Part shown: piece after piece, positions 10,620 through 20,000 of the stretch
Position numbering within the stretch: the stretch's first letter is position 1
Layout of the letters: each line of letters starts with the position of its first letter
Source of the DNA: Reclinomonas americana ATCC 50394
Lineage: Eukaryota
Assembly (NCBI GenBank): GCA_048213135.1
Contig: PS015099.1
Location: 178,389 to 198,388 of the forward strand
Reading direction: 5' to 3'
Length of the DNA stretch: 20,000 nucleotides
Notes under the pieces: generated by a model
Databases searched by the model: none
Told to the model about the DNA's origin: nothing
Seen by the model: the letters and a program-made list of their open reading frames with translations, nothing else
Program-made: the position numbers and the translations under genes

Positions 10620-11855
10620 CCGGTGCAATGCCATACATGAACGACGACACGAGCAGCAGTGGGTAGTAATAAACAGGGGCACCCGTGCCGTCCGACGTGT
10701 TGGCCAAGTCATCGAGAATCACGAGGACCACGCCCGTGAAGGCCGCCAGCGACGCCAGCAACTTCTTCAACGAGTAACTGTCACACGGAGCGTGAGAACT
10801 AAAGGACACGGGGAGGAGGCGCGCGTCTGAACACCAACCGCTCCGTGGGTCCGACGAAAAAGTGGGCCAGAACCATGGCGAACACTGTGCCAGCAGCCTG
10901 GTTGAGAGAGAGAGCGCGCGCGCAGCAGAGGAACAAGAACAGGAGTGCACGCAACGCGGTGCCGTGGACATGAAAATGGCCGCGCTGCCAGCATTGATTC
11001 CCGCCGACTGCAGCAACAACAACGAAGGAGTGGTCAGACACGCAGCGGCCAGCCAACTACAGATGACAGACACCCAAACCTCCGCCTCCATGATAATGAT
11101 ACTCGGAATGAGGGAATTGGTGACCGCCAAGAACATGACTCTCCACAAGCCGCTGACCGTGAACAGCGCCAAGCGTAGCCTGCGTTCCGCGCACACGCCA
11201 AGACAGCGTCAGAAGAGCACACACATACACACAAACAGCGTTTGGCGAGGGGGCAAGACTGAACTTGGGTCGAAATGAGGGCACAAACAACGAGTAGCCG
11301 AGCAAGAAGAACAGCAATATGAGACCGCCACTGAGCAGTCGCACAGAGGCCATGCAAATCTGTGTGGACGAGTGAGTGAGTGAGTGCGTGCGTGAGTGTG
11401 TGTGTGTGTGTGTGCGGCAGAGTGCAAAGCTCGCGTACCGGAGGGAACCATCGGGCCAACAGCTGCAATGGAAAATGCGTGTCAGAGAGCATGCGCAGGC
11501 ACGTGCGTGTGTGTGAGTGTGAGTGTGACAGACACGCACCTTGATGAGAATGTACACCATGCCCAGCAGAATCAAAAACGATCTGCAGACACACCTCAAT
11601 GAGTCTCTCTCTCAACACACACACACTCTCTTTCTCTTTCGCGCGTAACATGTATCCAAAAAAGTTGAGGAGTTTCGTCGCCAGTGACAGTGGCGGCGCC
11701 CTTCTTACACTCGCCTGTGTGATTGCGCTCTTCAGCGAGTGCCTACTCTGTTGCATTGTGGCTGCCTTCTGGTCGGTGAGAGTGGCCACTGCAGAAGGCG
11801 GGACAGTGGTGGTGCCTCCCAGTGGCGGAGGCAGTAATGAGCCTCGTTGTGACAT
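10620..11855 (-). CDS. EamA/DMT-superfamily (drug/metabolite) transporter, 3' partial (runs into gap 10491-10606)
   Basis: Exons 11855-11650, 11582-11540, 11462-11439, 11359-11265, 11179-11080, 11007-10956, 10884-10839, 10777-10620 give ...FFGYISFLILLGMVYILIKLLARWFPPICMASVRLLSGGLILLFFLL...FLAVTNSLIPSIII...INAGSAAIFMSTAPLFAMVLAHFFVGPTERYSLKKLLASLAAFTGVVLVIL...; this matches the EamA pattern P...A..R / G.AA...T.PLF...LA......E....K......GV. Confidence 0.85.
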
Positions 11856-12493
11856 GCGACGACAATGAGTGTGTGAGTGTGTGGGTGCGAGAAGTGGGAC
11901 GTCGTGAAGTCGGTTTTTTGTGCGAGAGAGCAGGGTTTCTGCTTCGTTGCGTGTTGTTGCTGCTGCTGGTGTTGTTGTTGTTGTTTTACTCGTATGCGAG
12001 GGCAATCGCGGCGAGAGTGTGCGAGGGGAGCGCGATTTGACTGCAGGCGCGCGGGGCCGAGAACTCCGATCGCAAATGCGACAATATCACGTCCGCGACC
12101 CTCTCGACATTACGCCGGCAGTACGAGGTATGTGTGTACAACATAAGCGCGTTGAGGCTGTGCAAGTGTCATGGACTCTATTTCGACGATCGTTGTGAAT
12201 TTGTGTGACTTTTGCGCTGACAAAGCCGACGCCCGCACAGCAGACCGCCGTCTCCAGTGCCGAGAGATAGAGAAGCCACAGTACTGGCTGATAAGTCTGC
12301 TTCGTGAACCGTAGAGAGCCATCGAAGCACAGCGGAGGATCGAGAACGAAATGGTGTGGAACTCCTTCTCGACATCAATACGCAAGCAACGACAGAGTAG
12401 ATGCAGTGGATCCGCAGCGCGTACTGAAGACTGTCGCAACGACTGCGAAACAGTGTCAAAGCATTCCACAAAGGCACAGCGCAAAAGCTCTGA

Positions 12494-12815
12494 CTGCGTG
12501 ACATAAAGCTTCCAAATTGCGACTTGGTGTTACAGCTCCCCTTCACCTCTCTTCGCGCCTCCACGACAGAAGGCTCCGCCCACGTGCACAGAGCGACGAG
12601 GTGCTGCGGCTCCCTTCAGACGCCATCGCTGTGAACAAGTGAATGCACAGCGAGGATGCACGACCTCCGCGACATAAAGCTTCCAAACAGCGACGCAGTG
12701 TCGCGGCTCCCCTGCACTCCATCGCCGTGAGTAAGCTCTTCCTCCGTGACAGAAGGCTTCCCAGCGACGCAGTGTTGCAGCCTTTCTCCACGCCATCGCC
12801 ATGAACAAGCCTTTT
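12494..12815. repeat. Degenerate four-unit tandem repeat (about 65-105 nt units, ABAB arrangement) in the divergent intergenic region
   Basis: Units start at about 12494, 12559, 12665 and 12742. Units 1 and 3 share GACATAAAGCTTCCAAA, units 2 and 4 share GACAGAAGGCT; GCGAC..GTG...GCTCCC and CCATCGC..TGA..AAG recur. Confidence 0.75.
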
Positions 12816-13650
12816 CGAATCCTCACCAGTCTTCCTCGTGCGCGCACGCAAGCAAACGCCCAGCTCCAACAACAAGCTTCCTCCGTGTATCTCCCTTCCA
12901 CTCCCCGAGTGAACGCCTCCAGCCTGTTCCTTCTCCTTCTCCCGCTCACCGCAACTACGTTTTTCCCCCTCCGTCTGCCACCTTCCACACACGCACACAC
13001 ACAGACATTCACTCATGCACATCCTCAATACGCCCCTTCAAGTTCGGATGCGTGAAGAAGGCCACCGCCAGCGAACACACATCGTCGGGCTTCTCATGCA
13101 AACACTCTTGCACAAACTGCAAAGCGACGAAAAATTGAGCGCGCCCACTCACTCACACACTTACTCACTCAATGAGCGCGCACGCAACTGCTGAGATCAT
13201 TCTCCGCAGCTCAGGATGCGCGCGCATATACCGCTCATTCGCAATACGAAACGCAATCTGCAACAATGAGTCAGACACTCTCTCTCCTCTCTTTCTCTCT
13301 CTCTGACACACACGTACACACCTTCTGCGCATTCAACTGCTGTTGCTCGCCAATAGAGAGCGACGTGGCCGACACTTCCTCGCCGCTCATCTCCAACACA
13401 ACCGCTGATGACTCATCACGCTCCAACCAATCTGTCCCATTGTCCGCCCTTATTTTTCCGATACGATGTCTCAAGCAGCGACTGTGGCCCGAGTGCGCTT
13501 ATCCCGACATTCGCCCGTGTGCCTGTACGCACAGGAACCCTGGACACCGACCGACTCGACAGCAAAGTCTCCTCTTTTCGTCCTCTTTCTTCTTCTCCTT
13601 TTCTTTACCTAAAGTTGCACTCTCTTACGTTTATCGGAGAGTCAACGATA

Positions 13651-16600
13651 ATGGTCCGTCTTGCGTCGGTGTTGTTGGTGTTGTTGCTGGTGCTCTTTGT
13701 GTCGTGCTCCTCTGTGGATGCAAGTTGCGACATTTTTCTTCTCGTTGTTTTGCCCTTCGTCGCGATCGCTCACAACAACGCTCTCTGCACAGGGAGAACG
13801 GTCAAGTGCGGACAGAGTTGAGTGCAGCGATTGCTTTCTGTGCGCGGCACTGCATCGCCACACCACTGACCGTGTACACACACACGCACAGCATCTGTGA
13901 GCGATACTAATGTGCAGGCGACGATCACGTGCGGAGGTCAGGTGCGGCCACTCGGTAACGCCATGCCGGTGGCGATCAACTCGGCTTCCTGGGGTCGAAG
14001 CATTGGTGAGAAGTTTTTCCGCGGCCATGAGAAGCCAGGACGACCCTTTGTTGGTGACTGACCTCGCTTGTTTGTGTGTGTCAGTGACCTCCACGTGCCC
14101 GATCTCGTCGATGTTTGGCAACACGCGCGTCGACTCACAAACGTGCGCTCCGTCGGATGTGGATGTGACGAGCTTTGTGGCGGCGGCGTGCGCTGGACAA
14201 GCGTCGTGCGCTGTCAGTGTGGCGGATGATGGCCCGCTCAACCGCGTGGGCCAGAGCGCCAATGGCGCGCTCAACGAGCCGTGCCCGGCCGTGTACAAGT
14301 ACTTGACGGTCGACTTCACGTGCAGCTGCGTGGCGGGCTTCATGGGAGCCGCCTGCGAGTGCAACCAGGCCACTGACTGGTGAGACGCGCTTTCATCGCC
14401 CTCGTCAGTATTTTCTCGTCCTCATTTCTCTCCCCTTCCCCTCTTGCAGCAACGTGCAGACGGTGCTTCCCAGTGGTCTGCCGGCCGGCACGTGCAACCC
14501 GAACGGCACGGTGGCCGGTGGCAACCTGTGCTTCTGCCAGCCGGGCTTTTACGGCGCGGCTTGCCTCGGCACGTGCAACTGCAAGAACGGTGGCACGTGC
14601 GCTGATGGCGCCTCGGGCGACGGCAAGTGCACCTGCCCTGCCGGTTTCTATGGCGCCGACTGCTCGGGCGTGTGCCCTACCTGCCTCAACGGTGGCACAT
14701 GCAACCAGGGCTCTCTGGGCGACGGCAAGTGCACATGCCCGGCCGGCTTTTTCGGTGCCGACTGCTCGGGTGTGTGCCCGCTGTGCCAGAATGGTGGCAC
14801 ATGCAACCAGGGTGCGCTGGGCGACGGCAAGTGCTCGTGCCCAGCCGGCACCAACGGCCCGCTGTGCCAGTGCACCAACGCCGGCACATGCAGCGGCTAC
14901 GGAGTGTGCCAGTCGGATGCGCAGTGCCTGTGCAACTCTGGCTTCCAGTCGCCGAACTGCGCCAACTGCCAGACGGGCCGGTACGGACCCGCTTGCGCCG
15001 GCCTCTGTTCGCAGTGCGATGTCGGCGGCACCGAGACGTGCAGCGAGGGCATCACTGGTCTCGGCTGCGTGTGCAAGAGCGGTTTCACCGGCACGCTGTG
15101 CGATCAGTGCATTGCGCAGGCGTTTGGTGCTGATTGCAGTGGCCGGTGCGCTGCTTGCGTGGTGGCCAACACGGTGGAGTGCGTGCCGGGTCGCTCTGGT
15201 GCCGGTTGCGTGTGCAAGCCAGGCTCGACTGGCTCGGCTTGCCAGTACACGGACGCGGTGACGTGCAGTGGCAAGGGTGTGGCGCAGACCGACGGATCGT
15301 GCGTGTGCACAACTGGCTTCGATGCCAGCAAGTCGTGCAGCACGTGCTTGCCGGGCCTGTTTGGTCCGACATGCACAAGCCAGTGCAGCGCTTGCTACGG
15401 TGCCGGCACGGCGACATGCTCGGAGGGTGTGTTTGGCACGGGCTGCCAGTGCAAGGAGGGCTTCACTGGCCCGCTGTGCGACAAGTGCGCTCCTGGTCGG
15501 TACGGACCGCAGTGCGCCGGCCTGTGCAGCGAGTGCTTGTCCAACGGCACGACGTCGTGCTCGGAGGGCCTGCTGGGAACCGGCTGCGCGTGCAAGCCTG
15601 GTGTTGTGGGCGACAAGTGCGACATGTGCAACCCGAACAACATCAACAGCTGCACGGACTTCAACAACGGCATCTGCGATCCGGTGACGAAGAAGTGCGG
15701 ATGCCGACCGGGCATCAACGGACCGTTCTGCGAGTGCCGTCCGGTGGAGTCGTGCAGCGGGCAAGGCACATGCAATGCGGATGCGACCTGCAACTGCTTC
15801 TATCCGTATGGTGGCTCTGACTGCAGTCAGTGCATCAACGGCATGTACGGCCCGAAGTGCGACAAGGGTTGCAGCGCGGCCACCACCTGCAATGGACACG
15901 GCACGTGCGACGGCAACGGCAACTGCGTTTGCGCCGACGGCTTTACTGGCCCACGTTGCAACACTTGCAAGTCGGGCTTCACGGGTCCGGACTGCGTGCC
16001 GATCCAGCGACAGACTGGCTGCCAGGACGACAACAATGCGGCAACTACGAGTGACGGTACAATTGTGGTGGCATGCCCGGCTGGCCAGTACGTGTTTGCC
16101 ATTTCGGCCAACTGGGGCCGCACCGACAGTTGCGTTTTTGAAAGGGAGAGAGTTGAGAAGAATCAGTTTGCTCATGTTAATTCCACACAGCCACGACATG
16201 CCCGAAGCCGCTGGGCAGCAGCTTGCTGACCAACACCACCACATGCATCAAGGACGTGACGGCGCACTTCCAGGGTCTGTGCAATCAGAACCCGCCGACG
16301 TCGTTCTGCTACGAGTTCCTGGCCAGCGGCGGCAACCTGGATCGCTTCCCGAACAACACGGGCTCAGATCCGTGCCCGTCGCAGTACAAGTTTGCGTCGG
16401 TGGCGTACGGATGCACAACGCGCAACTGCTCGAACCGCGGACGATTGGACGGAAGCGGTGCCTGTGTGTGCAACACTGGGTTCTCGGGCGACAACTGCCA
16501 GAACACCATCCCAGTGCCGCCGATGTGCGACGCCTCGGATCCGTTCGCCTGCAACGCCCCTCACAGTGGCTTCTGCAACAAGGACACCAGTCGCTGCGAG

Positions 16601-17363
16601 TGCTTTGCTGGCATTGGTGGACCCGACTGCTCGTGCCGTCCGCTGGAGACGTGCAATGGCCATGGCCTGTGCAACACCGACGGCTCGTGCTCGTGCTTCG
16701 CGTCGTGGAGTGGCGCGCGCTGCGATGTGTACGGTGGCCCACCGAATCCACCGATTCCGGGTGGTGGCCCGTGTGCGACGGATGCCGAGTGCAACAGCCC
16801 AGTGCCGAATGCATTCCTGTTCAGCGGCGTGTGCGTGGCCGGTCGCTGCCAGTGCTACCCGGGCATCAATGGCAAGAACTGCGAGTGCCGACCGGTGGAG
16901 ACGTGCTCCGGCAATGGCCAGTGCAACAGCGATGCCACATGCCGCTGCCACTTGGGCTGGACTGGTCCGAGCTGCAACGTGCGCGATCCGCAAACGGTTC
17001 CCCCGCCACCGCCGCCACCGCCACCACCGGTTCCGTTCCCGAACCCCTACCTCTGCGCCAGTGGTGAGCACACATTTCCTCTCTCTCTGTCCTTACGCGC
17101 GATGCTTGTCATACTAAGTGCACTTGAATGCTTGCGCAGACCTGGACTGCCGTGCGCCGTTCCTGCCCGACTGGCCCACACTGTACAACGGCACGTGCAA
17201 TCTGGCGACTAACACTTGCCAGTGCTATCCGGGCGTCGGTGGCGCTCACTGCACATGCCGACCGGTGGAGACCTGCAATGCCCGTGGCACGTGCCGTCCA
17301 GACGGCAGCTGCGAATGCCAGCTCGGCTGGAGTGGCGATCATTGCGAGGTGCCACCGACGTAA
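13651..17363 (+). CDS. Secreted 1093-aa protein with two SUEL-type (Gal/rhamnose-binding) lectin domains and multiple EGF/laminin-EGF-like repeats
   Basis: Exons 13651-13723, 13793-13816, 13892-14005, 14085-14379, 14450-16128, 16191-17063, 17140-17363 (3282 nt, TAA stop). Signal peptide MVRLASVLLVLLLVLFVSCSSVDA. SUEL1: ASWGR...C...VAAACAGQASC...EPCPAVYKYLTVDFTC. SUEL2: ANWGRTD...DPCPSQYKFASVAYGC. No TM segment. Confidence 0.92.
14574..14872 (+). repeat. Three tandem 102-nt (34-aa) EGF-like repeats
   Basis: C.NGGTC..G..GDGKC.CPAG..G..C; NGGTC codons begin at 14586, 14688 and 14790. Confidence 0.9.
14968..15630 (+). repeat. Four 47-aa laminin-EGF-like repeats in two pairs around one EGF
   Basis: C..GRYGP.CAGLCS.C...GT..CSEG..G.GC.CK.GFTG.LCD.C recurring in the 14454..16229 ORF. 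Confidence 0.8.
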
Positions 17364-17582
17364 TCCGGGCTCTCCCGATTATGTTTGGTTTGATTTCGGT
17401 CTGTGTGCATAGTTTTGCTTTTTTTATCCTTGCCAGAGTTCTCTCTTTTCCTCCTCCTCCTCTTCTTCTTCTTGTGTCGCAGAAAAAAGTGTACGAAGTT
17501 TGTTTTTCTTCATTCACCACCACAATCAATCGGCGACTGCAACACAAGAAGCCAAAGGTTCCCCACTCGCGCCGTACAATCA

Positions 17583-19938
17583 TTAACGTTGCTGCGAGTA
17601 GTTGCCGTATCCATACGGAGGTTGCTGTGTGGCAGTGCGACTTCCCTCAGTTTGCGACAACAAGAGACAGGAGAAGAAAGGAGTCGGTCGAACCTGCGCG
17701 CCAGGGTACGCTTGTTGCGGCTGCATGTACTGCGGGTACTGGTTTCCGTAGCCATACGCTCCGTACTGCACACATTGTGAGCAAGAAAGAGGAGGTGGTT
17801 GAGTCAGCAAGGGTGCACACGTGCGACGTACCGGTTGCGCCGCCGGCTGTCCGTAGCCAGCGTAGGGGTTGGGTTGCGCCACTTGCGGGTGCTGTTGGTG
17901 CATCGGCGGCTGCGCTGGAGGCGCGCGACGAGGGTCGTTCCACGTAGTGGTGCGCGTGTTGTGATCCACAAAGTACGTTCTGCAAACGTATCAACAGTGT
18001 GAATGCAACAAAAAAGACTGCGGCGGGTCGATTACGGTCTGCTCACCGGCCTTGAGCGTCAATGCACTCCTCCCAGCCCGGCGGCAGAGAATTGGCGGCG
18101 TTGGCGTTAGCCTCCGCCAGCTCTTGTGCGTACCGCATGTCCTCCTCCTCCTGCAGGCTGCGCACGAACAAGCAAGTAAACATGGTGAAAAACAGGTCGA
18201 CGCGTGCGAGTCGCAATACAGACAACAAAGTGACGCAACCGGCGCTGCTCTTCCTCCATCTGCTGTGCCTCCAGCGCCACGCGCTCGGCCTCCTCGATTT
18301 CACGCTGCCGTCGCTGTTCCTCCTCCCTGCGCCACTGCGCCTGACGAGCCTCTTCTGCCGCGCGACGACGCGCCTCCTCTTCCGCCGCCCGCCGACGAGC
18401 CTCTTCTTCTACTGCCCGACGGCGCGCAGCCTCTTCGGCCGCACGACGACGTGCCTCTTCCTCTGCAGCCCGGCGGCGCAACTCCTCCTGTCGCAACCGC
18501 TCCTCCTCGGCCGCAATACGACGAGCCTCCTCCTCGGCACGCCGCATGTCTTCCTCTCTCCGACGCGCATCTTCGGCATCAGCACGGCGAGCCACCTCCA
18601 ACGCCACTGGTAGATGCAACGAAGGAATGTGTAAGTGACACAGTCCAACGGAGATATGAGAGAGTGCACACACTGCTCAACTTCGTGCATCATCAACCAT
18701 CCTGCGCCGAATCTCAATGCGTGGATCCGACCACGAGGTGGTCTTGTTAACATGATCCACAAAGTAGTTACGATTGTGCGTGGCATCGAAACGCATCACC
18801 CAGCCGTCTGGCAACGGGAGTGCTTCCACAGGCGGCACGGAAATGCCCTGCACACACATGCACACATGAGCACAAGAAATCGACATGTGCGTGCGAAACT
18901 GCAGCTGCCCGCAGCTCACCGTCTCATCAACAACAGCCACTGGTGCGACAGGTCGAGGTCCTGACGTTGGTGCAGCAGGAGCAACGGGTGTAGCCGGAGC
19001 GGGCGCCATTGGAACGGCGACGGGGACAGCGGAGGGGACGGGAGGGACTGGAGGCGCATACGGAGTCGGAACGGCGGCGGGAATGGGAGCAGCAGCAGCG
19101 GCGGCGGCCGAGTTGGCGGCTTGTGCCACTGTGGAGCCGTTGGAGAAGTCCAACACGACAGGTGCGGCTGGCGGCAGCGAAGGGACGCCGGGAATTCCAG
19201 AACCTGCACATACCACGGATTGAGTGCAACCATCAACCATTCTTCTCCTGGCACTCGTACACGCAACGAAGCAGGCCAATGGCGGTCTCGGCATTGCGCA
19301 TCTTGCTCCATTCAGCGTCAGCAACTTGACCCGGTGGTGCAGCAGCACCCGGTCCGATCTGCATACGTGCCATGTCTTCCGTAACCAGCGTCACGCCGAC
19401 CAACCCCCTGATTAACAGTCGTCATATGTGAGCACGCATACACACACAAACGTATCGACGGATGGACAGGCACGCACGGTGGAGGTACTGGACGATCCCA
19501 CTGCGTGACACGAGTCACGTCATTTTGATAATATACACGCCCACTGGCCACATCCAACCGCTCAGTCCAACCCTCCGGCAGCGGAGCTGCGAGCGGAACA
19601 AAGCAGTCAGCTCACATAGTCACCCATGTCATTGGCCATGCGGAATAATAGACGCACGCATGGCTGCGGCCACTGGAACCGTGACAGCGGCCACGGAGAC
19701 TGCCGCCGCCGATGGCGCCAGCTGCATCACTGGCTGCATGGGTGTGAGCATGGGTGTGGGTGCGGCGACAGGCGACGGAGCTGCTGCTGCTGAGGCTGCG
19801 GCTGGAGAGGAGCTCGACACGGCGCGTGACGGACTGTTTGGTCCCGCCAGGAAGCCACCCATGGCACCGCCAGCGTTGCGCACCTGAACTGGTGCCCCAT
19901 CGACCGCAAAACCACCACTGCCGGACCCGGATGCGGCG
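17583..19938 (-). CDS. Multi-WW-domain scaffold/adaptor protein (5' partial) with Pro/Ala-rich linkers, an E/R single alpha-helix and a Y/Q/P/G-rich tail
   Basis: Exons 19938-19658, 19586-19478, 19407-19268, 19203-18920, 18847-18682, 18606-18240, 18157-18047, 17979-17832, 17765-17694, 17624-17583 (TAA). WW domains: [92 protein letters not shown]. Confidence 0.9.
18240..18606 (-). repeat. Charged E/R/A single alpha-helix exon with about five 9-aa repeats (AAEEEARRR)
   Basis: EELRRRAAEEEARRRAAEEAARRRAVEEEARRRAAEEEARRRAAEEARQ; alternating E3/R3 pattern typical of ER/K helices. Confidence 0.85.
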
Positions 19939-20000
19939 CTGGTGGTACCACCACAGGTGAGGACCACGTGAGTAAGCGAGTGCGCGGAATCAAGTGCTCA

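Noticed and set aside
12004-12037. Short inverted repeat AATCGCG-N20-CGCGATT upstream of the EamA start; TGAGCGCGC also occurs twice near 13136-13181
   Set aside because: Too short to distinguish from chance without genome-wide motif enrichment
12530-13028. Sel1-like hints (HGDGVEK, AWRKAA) in minus-strand ORFs
   Set aside because: Motif fragments fall in different frames and lack proper spacing; not supportable as a CDS
14340-16244. 634-aa minus-strand ORF and other long overlapping ORFs opposite or out of frame with the EGF gene
   Set aside because: Shadow ORFs from GC-rich, TGC/GGC-biased codon usage; no recognisable domain
17583-17900. Possible PPxY self-ligand for the WW domains in the tail (QPPYGY, PNPY)
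   Set aside because: None matches PPxY or LPxY exactly
1-20000. Alternative genetic code or stop-codon readthrough
   Set aside because: In the modelled genes, in-frame stops are removed by GT-AG introns and both visible gene ends use TAA

Overview
Intron-rich eukaryotic (probably protist) DNA with short GT-AG introns (mostly 60-110 nt), CT/GT microsatellites and five N gaps. I rebuilt four multi-exon genes by hand; all modelled exon phases are mutually consistent. (1) 1-10447 (+): internal part of a giant repetitive, probably extracellular protein made of Ig/IPT-like domains alternating with FN3-like domains, each FN3 carrying a whole NHL beta-propeller inserted in its middle. One piece (747-1460) sits inverted between gaps. 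(2) 10620-11855 (-): N-terminal half of an EamA/DMT-family transporter. (3) 13651-17363 (+): a complete 1093-aa secreted protein with two SUEL-type (galactose/rhamnose-binding) lectin domains and many EGF/laminin-EGF repeats. (4) 17583 to >19938 (-): C-terminal part of a protein with at least three WW domains, an E/R single alpha-helix and a possible MIU motif. Two signals stand out. First, all four genes share an abundant class of register-shifted 5' splice sites (GT-T-GCGT / GT-T-GAGT / GT-T-ACG), used mainly when the last exon base is not G. Second, the modular FN3::NHL array has phase-1 module boundaries, a patchy homogenisation pattern and differences concentrated on the predicted propeller top face.
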